Positions 19,856 to 29,991 are shown, numbered from the stretch's first letter. The stretch: DNA of 64,000 nucleotides from Fidelibacterota bacterium (GCA_049975265.1 JBNGDF010000012.1:11082-75081), one strand, 5' to 3'. Notes: generated by a model not told the origin, from the sequence alone. Numbers and translations: made by a program.

Positions 19856-21247
19856 ATGGCGAAGTTGACATTTTTGGGTGCGACGCAGACAGTCACCGGT
19901 TCCAAATTTCTGCTGGAAGCCGGTGGAAAAAAGTTGCTAATCGACTGTGGACTGTTCCAGGGTTTGAAGGAGTTGCGGTTGCGCAACTGGGAGGATTTTC
20001 CGATGGATCCCGCGAGTATTGATATGGTGATCCTGACGCATGCCCATATTGATCATACCGGCTACCTGCCGAAACTGGTGCAGCTGGGCTTTCAGGGAAA
20101 GATTTATGCGACGCCGGCGACTGCAGATCTGTGTGGAATCATGCTGCCCGATTCGGCGCATCTCCAGGAAGAGGATGCCAAATACGCCAACAAGAAGCAG
20201 TTTAGCAAGCACAAACCGGCGTTGCCGCTGTATACGGTGGCGGATGCGGAGCGGGCGCTGGAGCTGTTTGAGCCGCTGCCCTATGGCAAAAAAATCGAGA
20301 TCGGTTCCGGCATGACGCTCTGCTACCGAGATGCCGGACATATCCTTGGATCGGCGTTTGTGGATATCCGGATTCAGCAGGAGAAGGGTGAACGGAGGAT
20401 TCTATTTTCCGGGGATCTGGGGCGTCCGGCGCAACCGATTCTGCGCGACCCGCATACCGTGTATGGAACCGATTATCTTGTAATAGAATCCACCTATGGC
20501 GACCGCCTCCACGGTGAGACCGATCGCAAGGAGGATCTGGCGCGGATCATCAATGAGAGTTATGAACGCGGCGGCGTGTTGATTATTCCCTCCTTTGCCG
20601 TCGGACGAACCCAGGAGCTGCTGTTTACGATCCGGGAGCTGGAAGAGGAACAGCGTGTACCGATTATGCCGATCTTTGTGGACAGCCCGATGGCGATTCA
20701 CGCCACCGATGTGTTCGAAAAGAATACACAGGATCACGATCTGGAATCGAAAGTAGCGGCGCTGAAAGGGGTGGAAATTTTAAAAACAACGGATTTACGA
20801 GTCGCCCAGACAGCCGAACAGTCAAAAGCAATCAACAATATTTCCGATAAGGCGATCATTATTTCCGCCAGTGGAATGGTAACCGGCGGGCGCATTTTGC
20901 ATCATCTCAGTAATCGCCTGGGGAATCCTCAAAACACTGTGCTCTTCATTGGCTATCAGGCTGAAGGGACCCGGGGTCGGACGATCATGGAGGGGGCTGA
21001 GGCGGTGAAAATTCATGGTCAGCAGGTCCCGATCAATGCCAAAATCGAGCAGATCAGCGGCTTTTCAGCCCATGCCGATTACAATGAAATCTTAGCCTGG
21101 CTGTCGAATTTCAATGAGGCGCCGCGAAAGATTTTCATTGTGCACGGTGAGGCTTCGCAATCGGCGGCGCTGGGAAAACGAATTGCGGAAACATTCAACT
21201 GGGAGACGGTGATTCCGGAATATTTGCAATCCTTTGAGCTGAGCTGA
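19856..21247 (+). CDS. MBL-fold beta-CASP ribonuclease
   Basis: VTGS, DCG, THAHIDH, AGHILG, SGD, ESTYG, FSAHAD. Confidence 0.92.
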   Translation: MAKLTFLGATQTVTGSKFLLEAGGKKLLIDCGLFQGLKELRLRNWEDFPMDPASIDMVILTHAHIDHTGYLPKLVQLGFQGKIYATPATADLCGIMLPDSAHLQEEDAKYANKKQFSKHKPALPLYTVADAERALELFEPLPYGKKIEIGSGMTLCYRDAGHILGSAFVDIRIQQEKGERRILFSGDLGRPAQPILRDPHTVYGTDYLVIESTYGDRLHGETDRKEDLARIINESYERGGVLIIPSFAVGRTQELLFTIRELEEEQRVPIMPIFVDSPMAIHATDVFEKNTQDHDLESKVAALKGVEILKTTDLRVAQTAEQSKAINNISDKAIIISASGMVTGGRILHHLSNRLGNPQNTVLFIGYQAEGTRGRTIMEGAEAVKIHGQQVPINAKIEQISGFSAHADYNEILAWLSNFNEAPRKIFIVHGEASQSAALGKRIAETFNWETVIPEYLQSFELS

Positions 21248-21251
21248 TTTC

Positions 21252-22577
21252 ATGGAACTGTTTGATAAACAGGGAGAACAGGCGGCGCTTTTACCACCGC
21301 TGGCGGAGCGGATGCGACCGGCGGATATCGAGGACTTTGTCGGACAGGAACATCTGACCGCGGAGGGAAAAATTTTGCGGAAAGCGCTGGTGTCGGGCGG
21401 GGTCTTTTCGATGCTGTTCTGGGGACCGCCCGGCTCCGGTAAAACGACTCTGGCGAAAATCATTGCCAATCGAGCCGAAGCCAGATTCTTTCAGCTGAGT
21501 GCCGTATCTGCCGGCGTGAAGGATGTCCGCAAGATTATCGATCAGGCGGAACTGAACCGGCGCCAGAATCGGAAAACCATCCTCTTTATCGATGAAATTC
21601 ACCGTTTCAACAAGGCACAACAGGATGCGCTGCTGCATGCGGTGGAGAACGGTTCGATTGTCCTGATTGGCGCCACCACGGAGAACCCCTCGTTTGAGGT
21701 CATTGCACCGCTCCTTTCGCGCTGTCGGGTATTGAAATTGAAATCGCTGAGTGAGAAGAATCTGGAGACAATCCTCACCCACGCCCTGGAAAGCGACATT
21801 GTTCTGCAGAAGTGGGATATCCGGATTGAAGCCGCCGCCCGGCGGTTTCTGCTGCGGACCGTCAATGGTGATGCCCGTAAATTACTGAATGCGCTGGACA
21901 TCTGTCTGCATCTGGCAGCACCGGACGAAGGAAATCGGGTTCATATAGATCAGAACCTGATCCGGGAGGCTCTCCAGCAACGTAATTTGCTCTATGATAA
22001 AAAGGGTGATTACCATTATGATGTCATTTCGGCATTTATCAAAAGCGTGCGCGGCAGCGATCCCGACGCAGCGGTGTACTGGCTGACCGTTATGCTCGAG
22101 AACGGAGAGGACCCGCTGTTTATTGCCCGGCGTCTCATTATTCTCGCCAGCGAAGATATCGGCAATGCCAGTCCGCTGGCGCTGACTGTGGCGACGTCGG
22201 GATTTCAGGCGGTACATGCAATCGGGATGCCGGAGGCGGCGATCATTCTGGCACAGGTGACCAACTATCTGGCGGCTTCGCCGAAAAGCAATGCCTCCTA
22301 TCTGTCCCTGGAGCAAGCCCGTCAGGTGGTCAGAGAGGGCATACTTCCGATCGTTCCGCTACATCTCAGAAACGCACCCACCGGGCTGATGAAGTCACTG
22401 GATTACGGGAAAGAGTATCGCTACCCTCACGATTTCGCCGATGATTTTGTGGCACAATCCTATCTTCCGGAGGAATTGGGAGAGCAGCTGTTCTACCATC
22501 CGAAAGATCGTGGTGTGGAGAAGTATATCAAAGACCGCCTGAAACGGCTTTGGCCTAAGCGTTATCAAAAGGATTAA
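21252..22577 (+). CDS. rarA: Replication-associated recombination protein A
   Basis: [51 protein letters not shown]. Confidence 0.95.
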   Translation: MELFDKQGEQAALLPPLAERMRPADIEDFVGQEHLTAEGKILRKALVSGGVFSMLFWGPPGSGKTTLAKIIANRAEARFFQLSAVSAGVKDVRKIIDQAELNRRQNRKTILFIDEIHRFNKAQQDALLHAVENGSIVLIGATTENPSFEVIAPLLSRCRVLKLKSLSEKNLETILTHALESDIVLQKWDIRIEAAARRFLLRTVNGDARKLLNALDICLHLAAPDEGNRVHIDQNLIREALQQRNLLYDKKGDYHYDVISAFIKSVRGSDPDAAVYWLTVMLENGEDPLFIARRLIILASEDIGNASPLALTVATSGFQAVHAIGMPEAAIILAQVTNYLAASPKSNASYLSLEQARQVVREGILPIVPLHLRNAPTGLMKSLDYGKEYRYPHDFADDFVAQSYLPEELGEQLFYHPKDRGVEKYIKDRLKRLWPKRYQKD

Positions 22578-22723
22578 TTATAGCCATACCGGGGAGTTGC
22601 GGTATTATTGCGCAATATTTCGGTCGATTTATTGACAATTAATGATATTTTTTAAAACGGGGCTTGATTTTAATGATAATGTTAAGTATTTTGAGTCGAA
22701 TTTTTGAGCGAAGGGGCGAATCG

Positions 22724-22984
22724 ATGAAAAGAAAAATTGTACGAGTTGGTGCAAGTCTTTGTATACTATTACCCAAAGACGTGATTAAAACGATGGATTG
22801 GGACTTTGGCGATCCCATCGACCTGATCCTGGATGAAGAGAACGAGAAGGTGGTTCTGCGCAATCCCCCCGAAGAGGAGCCGAAGCAGAAAACCTATCTT
22901 GAGGAATTCAATAGTTTTCTGGAAGATTACGGCGGCGTTTTGGAACAGATTGACGCTGACGAAGAAGTAAGCAATCGAGGTTGA
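22724..22984 (+). CDS. AbrB/MazE/SpoVT-family antitoxin-like protein 1
   Basis: MKRKIVRVGASLCILLPKDV...GDPIDL; AAGGGG RBS before ATG 22724. Confidence 0.85.
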   Translation: MKRKIVRVGASLCILLPKDVIKTMDWDFGDPIDLILDEENEKVVLRNPPEEEPKQKTYLEEFNSFLEDYGGVLEQIDADEEVSNRG

Positions 22985-22985
22985 T

Positions 22986-23228
22986 ATGCAGCGAAAAATT
23001 ATACGGGTAGGATCCAGCCGGGGCGTACTGCTGCCGAGGGAAGTAACCAAAGCCATGCACTGGGATTTCGGAACAGAGGTCGATCTGGATGTAGACAAGG
23101 ATCGCAGGGAGGTTACCCTGAAAACCATCAAGGTCAGCCTGCCGGACGATTATGAAATGGAACATCTGCGGGGTATTGAAGAGCGATTAATGATGCATGC
23201 CGATCTGCTGGGAGGTATCGATGACTGA
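22986..23228 (+). CDS. AbrB/MazE/SpoVT-family antitoxin-like protein 2
   Basis: MQRKIIRVGSSRGVLLPREV...WDFGTEVDL; paralogous to the upstream gene. Confidence 0.85.
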   Translation: MQRKIIRVGSSRGVLLPREVTKAMHWDFGTEVDLDVDKDRREVTLKTIKVSLPDDYEMEHLRGIEERLMMHADLLGGIDD

Positions 23229-23619
23229 TGATCAGAAAAGAGAACTGAAGTTGCTCTGCTATGTCAATTGGATGATGGCAAAAAAGTTCGAAGATGAATA
23301 CGGGATTCGTGATCTTGACAAGCTGAAAAACGTGGTGGAGCTGCCGGGCGGCGGTTCGCTGACCAGTTTTTTAGGCGAGCGGCTCTCCAATCGCCGCGAT
23401 CTATATTCCCAGCTGGGTTGGTTTGTCTACTATATGATAGACGGCGAACCGTTTATCACCAGAAACCGTGCGATGGTGCTGTTGATGCTGATCTGGACCC
23501 TGAGTTACTACCGGCTTGAATTTGATCTCGAGGCGCTGGCGGACTTTGTCGTTATGCTGGACCCTATGAAACAGGGGAATTCGGATATCTCCCTGTGGTT
23601 GTCGAATAACTGCCGTTAG
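23221..23619 (+). CDS. Doc/Fic-like protein with degenerate active-site motif
   Basis: GIRDLDKL, LY, and EPFITRNRA where Doc has HPFxDGNKR; GGAGG RBS; overlaps the upstream stop. Confidence 0.7.
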   Translation: MTDDQKRELKLLCYVNWMMAKKFEDEYGIRDLDKLKNVVELPGGGSLTSFLGERLSNRRDLYSQLGWFVYYMIDGEPFITRNRAMVLLMLIWTLSYYRLEFDLEALADFVVMLDPMKQGNSDISLWLSNNCR

Positions 23620-23648
23620 CCGCCGCAGTGAACAACCGTTCTTGATGC

Positions 23649-23683
23649 AAAAAACACCTTCTGGGGCGAAGGTGTTTTTTTTT
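23649..23683 (+). terminator. Intrinsic terminator (potentially bidirectional)
   Basis: AAAAAACACCTTC-loop-GAAGGTGTTTTTTTTT. Confidence 0.8.
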
Positions 23684-23708
23684 ATATTTGTGAATTGAGG
23701 AGATTACA

Positions 23709-25421
23709 ATGAGCTTACAGAAAATGATCATGGCGGCGCGGGGACAGGTGCCGGCTGATCTGCTGATTACGAATGTGCGGGTGATGAACCTGTTGTCCGG
23801 AGAGATTATTGAAACCGCTGTTGCGGTTTTTGCTGGCAAAGTTATCGGCTTTGGTGATTATGAGGCTGGGGCGACAATCGATGGCGAGGGAGCTTATCTG
23901 GCACCGGGACTCATTGACGGTCATGTTCATCTGGAAAGTTCAATGTTGGGTCCGGCGGAGTTTGCCAGAGCGGTGGTGCCGATGGGCACAACGGCGATTG
24001 TTGCCGATCCCCATGAAATCGTCAACGTCATGGGTCTGGAGGGATTGAAATATCTGCTGGACGCCGGTATGGATTTGCCGCTGGAAATTTTCTTCATGCT
24101 GCCCTCCTGTGTTCCGGCGACTCATCTGGAGACCTCCGGTGCGGTGGTTACCGCCGATGATATACGTACGTGGATTGACAATCCGCGTATTCTGGGTGTC
24201 GGCGAAATGATGAATTTCCCCGGAGTACTGTTCGGTGACCCGGCGGTGCTGGATAAATTGGCGGTAGCGGGTGCGAAAAGGATTGATGGTCATGCACCGC
24301 TGGTACGTGGCAGGGAATTGTCCGCCTACATTGCGGCAGGCATCCGTTCCGACCACGAGAGCAGCGAGATTGAAGAGGCGCGGGAGAAGCTGCAAAAGGG
24401 GATGTTTCTCATGATCCGGGATGGTTCAGCAGCACGGAATCTGAAGGATTTACTACCGCTGGTTACGCCTCTGAATGCCCGCCACTGCGGCTTTGTCACC
24501 GACGACCGCCATCCCGATTTTCTGCTGGACTTCGGTCACATTAATTCCATGGTGCGGGATGCCATTGCGTTCGGGATCGATCCACTGATCGCCTTGCAGA
24601 TGGCGTCTCTGAATACGGCACAGTATTTCGGACTACGAACCAAAGGTGCCGTGGCACCCGGTTATGATGCGGACCTGATTTTATTCGATAATTTTGATAA
24701 TTTTACGATTAAAAAGGTATTTAAAACCGGTCGCCTGGTGGCTGAGAATGGCGAGATTGTGCCGTTTAAAGCTCCCCGGACAGCAGCGCTGCCCCGGACG
24801 GTTCAAATTAAGGAAATGTCTCTGTCTGATCTTGTTATCAGACCTGAGCCGGCGTCGCAGGTCAACGCCATTGTCGTTGTCCCAAACCAGCTGATTACCA
24901 AAAAGGTGGTTCTGGAGTGTCGGGTTGCAGACGGATGTGCTGTCAGCGATCCGGGGCGGGACCTGCTGAAAATGGCGGTGGTGGAGCGCCATCACGCCAG
25001 TGGCAATATCGGACTGGGATTTGTGCGGGGGCTTGGTTTGCAGGGCGGCGCGCTTGCCTCGACGGTGGCGCACGACTCGCATAATATTATCGTCATCGGC
25101 ACCGACGACAGAGATATGCTGTTTGCCGTTAAGGAAATTCAAAGGATGGGTGGTGGGCAACTGGTCGTGAAGGACCAAAAAGTCCTGGCGGCGTTACCGC
25201 TGCCGATCGCTGGTCTGATGAGTGACAGACCGCTACTGGAGGTTCGTGCCGCAATGGATAAGGTCAATGAGAAGGCGCGCGAGCTGGGTTGCTCATTGGA
25301 AAATCCCTTTATGACGCTGTCGTTTCTGGCGCTGCCGGTGATCCCGGAACTGAAACTGACCGATAAAGGATTGGTAGATGTAACGAAGTTTGATTTTATC
25401 CCGCTGTTTGCAAAAAAATAG
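23709..25421 (+). CDS. ade: Adenine deaminase
   Basis: PGLIDGHVHLESS, DPHEI, PSCVPAT, SDHE, TDDRHP, AHDSHN. Confidence 0.95.
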   Translation: MSLQKMIMAARGQVPADLLITNVRVMNLLSGEIIETAVAVFAGKVIGFGDYEAGATIDGEGAYLAPGLIDGHVHLESSMLGPAEFARAVVPMGTTAIVADPHEIVNVMGLEGLKYLLDAGMDLPLEIFFMLPSCVPATHLETSGAVVTADDIRTWIDNPRILGVGEMMNFPGVLFGDPAVLDKLAVAGAKRIDGHAPLVRGRELSAYIAAGIRSDHESSEIEEAREKLQKGMFLMIRDGSAARNLKDLLPLVTPLNARHCGFVTDDRHPDFLLDFGHINSMVRDAIAFGIDPLIALQMASLNTAQYFGLRTKGAVAPGYDADLILFDNFDNFTIKKVFKTGRLVAENGEIVPFKAPRTAALPRTVQIKEMSLSDLVIRPEPASQVNAIVVVPNQLITKKVVLECRVADGCAVSDPGRDLLKMAVVERHHASGNIGLGFVRGLGLQGGALASTVAHDSHNIIVIGTDDRDMLFAVKEIQRMGGGQLVVKDQKVLAALPLPIAGLMSDRPLLEVRAAMDKVNEKARELGCSLENPFMTLSFLALPVIPELKLTDKGLVDVTKFDFIPLFAKK

Positions 25422-25431
25422 AAGTCGAATG

Positions 25432-25920
25432 CTATTCGGTTTTCTCGAAGCGGTTCAGATCAACATTCTTGCGGGTGGAAAAGGGCTTAAATATCTGCCC
25501 GTTCATCGTCAGGTAAACTCCGTGAGGCAGGGTCTGGACGGCGGCTACTGCGCAGCCGATATTAAAGGCGGCATCACTGTTTTTAAACCGGGCGGGCTGC
25601 ATGGAGCCGGTCAGAACGATCGTTTTACCCTGAATGGCGGATAATGTTTTGGCAGTCTCGATCATGGTGTCGGTGCCGTGGGTGACGATTATGAATTCAT
25701 GGGGATCGGCGGCAATTTTATCGAGAACCAGTTGACGGTCAGTGTCGTCCATATCCAGACTGTCTTTCTGCATGACAGATTCGGTTTCAAAGTCGAAGGT
25801 CACGTTGGCTTCCTGCAGCACCTCAACGATTTTGGGATCGCCGACCTGGTAGGCGCTTTTCCGGTCGAAATAGATTTTGTCAATGGTTCCGCCGACGGTG
25901 AAAATTTTTATAAACGGCAT
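25432..25920 (-). CDS. Short asparaginase-domain protein
   Basis: TVGGTIDK, HGTDTM, LTGSMQP, SDAAFN. Confidence 0.88.
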   Translation of the reverse strand: MPFIKIFTVGGTIDKIYFDRKSAYQVGDPKIVEVLQEANVTFDFETESVMQKDSLDMDDTDRQLVLDKIAADPHEFIIVTHGTDTMIETAKTLSAIQGKTIVLTGSMQPARFKNSDAAFNIGCAVAAVQTLPHGVYLTMNGQIFKPFSTRKNVDLNRFEKTE

Positions 25921-26034
25921 AATGATTCCTTTTCAACATAAATCGCCTTTTAATTTAGGATTAAATCGGCAAATTGGAAATATTTCATAATCGAACCGGT
26001 TTGGTTAATTTACTTCTGGTAAACTTGAGGGTGA

Positions 26035-27075
26035 ATGGAGATGAAAACAGGATTCCGACTTTTTGTGGTGCTGCTGCTGAGTCTGGTTGTCTTACACGCC
26101 GGCGGCGAACAGCGTTTTGCCGAATTGGGTGATTTTAAACTGGAGAGCGGGCAGATAATCAAAGACTGCCGGATCGGTTATCGCATTCTTGGAGAAATGA
26201 ATGCTGAAAAATCGAACGTTATTCTATATCCGACCTGGTTTGGTGGCAGCAGCGAGCATGTTGCGAAATTGGTGGGTCCGGGAAAATTGGTGGATAATAG
26301 CGAATTATGTGTCATTGTTGTGGATGCCTTGGGCAACGGGGTTTCGTCGTCACCGTCGAACAGCCGGCGGCAGCGGAACGCCAAATTTCCGGAATTCACG
26401 ATTCACGACATGGTAGAGAGTCAGTATCGATTGCTTACGGAGCATCTGGGGGTCCGGCATCTATATGGCATTATCGGCGGTTCGATGGGCAGTTTTCAGA
26501 CCTTTGACTGGCTGGTGAGTTACCCAAAATTTATGGACAAAGCGCTACCTTATGTTTGTTCGCCGGCGCTGAGCTCATTTGATTTACTGAGGCAGCGGCT
26601 GGAGCTGGAAATTATCGAGACAGTCCGGGATGCCCGGCGACCCGAGCGGGAAATTCAACGGTTGACCAACATTTATACGGAACTGTTTGCCCGGACGCCG
26701 GAATATATTGTCAGGCACCATCCCAGAGAGGAATTTGAAACCTTTTTCGCCGGTTTTGATCGGGAACCATCAGAGCAATTTACATCCTGGAATAAAGCTG
26801 CGCAGCTGCGGGCGATGCAACATCACGATATTTATCGTCGTTTTCATAATTCGGCTGAAGAGACCGCTGCCGCGATCCATGCGGAAGTTCTGATGATCGT
26901 TTCGGCAACGGATCATCTGGTGAATCCGCTGCCGGCGATGGAATTTGCCCGGCTGCTGGATTGTGAAATCGTTGTGCTGGAAAATGATTGCGGGCATCTG
27001 GCGATCGGTTGCGAGATGGAACGCTGTGCCGCAATTGTCAATACCTTTTTCAAGAAATCGTTGACGAGTGAATGA
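26035..27075 (+). CDS. Exported alpha/beta hydrolase, homoserine acetyltransferase-like
   Basis: Signal peptide; PTWFGG, DALGNG, GGSMG, D and GH catalytic motifs. Confidence 0.8.
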   Translation: MEMKTGFRLFVVLLLSLVVLHAGGEQRFAELGDFKLESGQIIKDCRIGYRILGEMNAEKSNVILYPTWFGGSSEHVAKLVGPGKLVDNSELCVIVVDALGNGVSSSPSNSRRQRNAKFPEFTIHDMVESQYRLLTEHLGVRHLYGIIGGSMGSFQTFDWLVSYPKFMDKALPYVCSPALSSFDLLRQRLELEIIETVRDARRPEREIQRLTNIYTELFARTPEYIVRHHPREEFETFFAGFDREPSEQFTSWNKAAQLRAMQHHDIYRRFHNSAEETAAAIHAEVLMIVSATDHLVNPLPAMEFARLLDCEIVVLENDCGHLAIGCEMERCAAIVNTFFKKSLTSE

Positions 27076-27511
27076 TTTGATGATAAAAGAGAGACTGTCT
27101 GGAATCCAGAGACGCCGTATTTTGATCGCCCTGCTGATTTTGACGCCACTCGGGTTTTACACCAAATTTTATACCGGACCGCTGCAGGATTGGGTGAGGA
27201 ATTCGCTGGGAGGGGTGTTTTACGAAATATTCTGGTGCCTTGTGCTGGCTCTGCTTTTCAGGCGCTTGCGTCCGGTCACCATCGCCGGGGTGGTTCTTCT
27301 GGTGACCAGTGCGCTGGAATTTCTGCAGCTCTGGCACCCGTCGTTTCTGGGGTATTTACGAAGCACCTTTCTGGGTGTGACGATTTTGGGAAATTCCTTT
27401 ACCTGGAGCGACTTCCCCTATTATTTTGTCGGTTCGGCGTTGGGATATGTTTTGCTGATGCGACTGATACCCGGGAGTGACAAAACAGACCAGGCGGATT
27501 GTCCGCGGTAG
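27068..27511 (+). CDS. DUF2809 membrane protein
   Basis: LEFLQLWH...LRSTFLG...LGNSFTWSD. Confidence 0.8.
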   Translation: MNDLMIKERLSGIQRRRILIALLILTPLGFYTKFYTGPLQDWVRNSLGGVFYEIFWCLVLALLFRRLRPVTIAGVVLLVTSALEFLQLWHPSFLGYLRSTFLGVTILGNSFTWSDFPYYFVGSALGYVLLMRLIPGSDKTDQADCPR

Positions 27512-27517
27512 TATTTG

Positions 27518-28903
27518 TTACGAATAATCTGCCTGTTGAACTCTTGCAATGTAGTGGTCGGGATTGAATTTTCGGTGCAGTCCGCCGCTGCTCATATAGC
27601 GTACTTTTCCAAAGACCGGTCGTTCAAACCAGGGGCGGTCATGGAGTCCGCCGATGGACCACAAAATACCAGCATAGCCGTTGGGATCGCGCCCGTCAAG
27701 TTCGTATTTGTCGTTCAGGTAGACAGCGGTCTGAATCGCCTCTTCCGGAGACAGACTCCATTCGAGGATTTTTTTCGCCCAATACATGCGCATATAGCCG
27801 TGCATTTTGCCGGTTGTACACATTTCTAACTGGCAGGCGTTCCAGACCGGATCGTGTGTCGTGGCAGATTCGAATTGGTTCGGGGTGTAGAGAAACTCCC
27901 GCGGGTCTGCTTTGTGCTCGGTAAGGGTTTTTTTAGACCAGTCGGGCAGACCGTTCCAATTGTCATATTCGGGATTGTAAAAACAGAAGTTGTCGGAGAG
28001 CTCCCGGCGGACAATCAGCTCTTCCAAAAACGCTTCAGCGGACTCTTTATCCGTAGCGGTTTTTTCGATTTCAAGGGCGATACGCTGGGCGCTGATCTGT
28101 CCGAAGTGCAGGTAGGGAGACAGATTTGACAGACCGGCGAGAGCCGGATCGTTACGCTGGTTGTTGTAGTTTTGCAGTTTGTTCTGGATGAATGTGTTAA
28201 GCATTTCGCGGGCGCCTGTTTCGCCCGGTTGCAGCCAATCAACCGGCGGGACACTCCGATCGACCGGTAATGGTTTTAATATCTTTAACCAATCAATTTC
28301 CGCTTGCGGTGTAGCGTTGGCGGGCGACAGCGGTTCCAAAACCGGATATTCCTGCAGGTATTGATAGAGCTGCCGGTGAATTTTTGGACGAATTGTCCGC
28401 GCGGCAAACTCCTGTTTTGGGGAGGCGCTCCAGCAGGGGATGATATTGTGCGCATCTACTTCGAAAAGCGGAACATCGGTTTTTGTGGCGAGTTCCTGTT
28501 TCCAATGCCGGTAAATCCGCAGAGGCGAGAAGTCACAGATCACGGCACCGACCTGCTGATTTTTAATAAATTTCGGGATCGTTTCGTCGGGTTGACCGGT
28601 GAACAACAGGAAAGGAATATGCAGCTGTTCCAGATTGACAGCCACTTCCTGTAAACCTCTTACCATGAAGTCGTATTGGCGCAGGGTAGCTCCTAAAAAT
28701 TCCGGCATTAGATTGAAGATGACGAAAAGTGGCGCCTGGAACTTTTTCGCCATTTCGTACGCAAAAAGCAGCGCCCAGTTATCATTTACGCGCTGGTCGC
28801 GGCTCATCCAGTAGAGGATGGAACCGCCGGAATAGCGGTGCTGGTCCAGCTGGCGGATTCGGGTTTTGTCGACGAGCGATGCTGAAATGATTGATTGCAC
28901 CAT
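27518..28903 (-). CDS. phr: Class II CPD photolyase
   Basis: YWMSRDQRVNDNWAL, VDAHNIIP, LSPYLHFGQ, GKMHGYMRMYWAKKILEW, DGRDPNG. Confidence 0.95.
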   Translation of the reverse strand: MVQSIISASLVDKTRIRQLDQHRYSGGSILYWMSRDQRVNDNWALLFAYEMAKKFQAPLFVIFNLMPEFLGATLRQYDFMVRGLQEVAVNLEQLHIPFLLFTGQPDETIPKFIKNQQVGAVICDFSPLRIYRHWKQELATKTDVPLFEVDAHNIIPCWSASPKQEFAARTIRPKIHRQLYQYLQEYPVLEPLSPANATPQAEIDWLKILKPLPVDRSVPPVDWLQPGETGAREMLNTFIQNKLQNYNNQRNDPALAGLSNLSPYLHFGQISAQRIALEIEKTATDKESAEAFLEELIVRRELSDNFCFYNPEYDNWNGLPDWSKKTLTEHKADPREFLYTPNQFESATTHDPVWNACQLEMCTTGKMHGYMRMYWAKKILEWSLSPEEAIQTAVYLNDKYELDGRDPNGYAGILWSIGGLHDRPWFERPVFGKVRYMSSGGLHRKFNPDHYIARVQQADYS

Positions 28904-29053
28904 TTAAGATAAGGATATATATGGAATTAAAAAAGCAGGTACGGCAGGAGAATTGTCAATTAAAAAAAGGAGTGCTGATAAAGTCCGGGATTTTTAGAAA
29001 TAAAATTTGTAAAATAGACTGAGGTTTTTATTATATTTGGTGATGATGTTGCC

Positions 29054-29325
29054 ACTGACGAACGAAAAAAAGTTGGATTATAGACCCATTTGCGGGAGTC
29101 GGCTCCACACTTATTGCGGCGATAAAAAACAAGCGAAACTGTATAGGAATTGAAAAAGAATCCCAGTATTGTGAAATCTGTAAAAATAGAATTGACGAAT
29201 TAAGAGAGGGTACTTTAAAAATCAGACCGATAAACAAACCGGTCCATAAACCTTCCGAGAATGATAAAGTTGCCCGAATTCCAAAGGAGTGGTTGGCAAT
29301 AGAAAAAAATGGTTATCTTAAATGA
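29054..29325 (+). pseudogene. C-terminal remnant of an N4/N6 (beta-class) DNA methyltransferase
   Basis: Manual translation: LTNEK/(frameshift in A7 run)/WIIDPFAGVGSTLIAA...GIEKESQY...KIRPINKPVHKP...IPKEW...K*. No catalytic DPPY/SPPY half. Confidence 0.85.
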
Positions 29326-29447
29326 AAAATATGCAGAAAGAGATGTCTTCCGGACCACCCTGGTTCGAGAAAGAGGTTCATAATGTGCTCCGGCACGGGC
29401 GGACAAACCCGCCCGTTCCGCTGCTGATTCTCGGTATTGAACCTTAA
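29322..29447 (+). pseudogene. C-terminal remnant of a BglII/BstYI-family restriction endonuclease
   Basis: MKNMQKEMSSGPPWFEKEVHNVLRHGRTNPPVPLLILGIEP*; ATGA overlap with the MTase remnant stop. Confidence 0.7.
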
Positions 29448-29525
29448 AAATCTATCCGGTGATCAGCTTTTTTCAATGCTCTGTGATAAATATTCGTGCA
29501 CAATCAAATTATAATTGGAGGCTTG

Positions 29526-29945
29526 ATGGTCAATACCCCGAGTGCGTTTATTACCTGGGACGATAGCTGGTGCACCGGCATCACCACTATAGATGAGGAA
29601 CACCGCCGGCTGGTGAAATTAATTCAGAAACTGTTCGGCGCGCTAATTTCAGTTCAGGCGGCAGAGCACATCAGAGAAATTCTCCATGAACTGATTGATT
29701 ATACCCGTTACCATTTCAATAACGAGGAACAGGTAATGTCGGAATATGCTTATCCGGAACTGGCAGATCATAAGGTTCAGCATCAGGATTTGATTCGGCA
29801 GGTTCTGGATGTCAGTGACCGGATTCTGACTGAGGGTGAATCGGAACAGCTAAGTGATGATGTGTTCGAATTTCTAAAAGGCTGGCTGGTAAATCATATC
29901 ATCAATGAAGACTTAAAGTTTAAGTCGTATCTTGAGAAAAAGTAG
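29526..29945 (+). CDS. Bacteriohemerythrin
   Basis: IDEEH, HFNNEE, HKVQH, WLVNHIINED; GGAGG RBS. Confidence 0.92.
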   Translation: MVNTPSAFITWDDSWCTGITTIDEEHRRLVKLIQKLFGALISVQAAEHIREILHELIDYTRYHFNNEEQVMSEYAYPELADHKVQHQDLIRQVLDVSDRILTEGESEQLSDDVFEFLKGWLVNHIINEDLKFKSYLEKK

Positions 29946-29991
29946 CTGACGGTCAGCCCTCCTCTCGAAACCATCCGGTGGATTGTCGGCA

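Noticed and set aside
22664..22723. Longer ORF-track starts (22664, 23197, 29496, 30863, 32905, 46826, 54587, 57000)
   Set aside because: Downstream ATGs fit the RBS position and/or the family N-terminus better.
23620..23708. Purine riboswitch upstream of ade
   Set aside because: No purine aptamer consensus is visible; the hairpin is explained as the terminator of the upstream module.
29031..29406. Minus-strand ORFs 29031..29237 and 29215..29406
   Set aside because: Antisense to the plus-strand R-M remnants.
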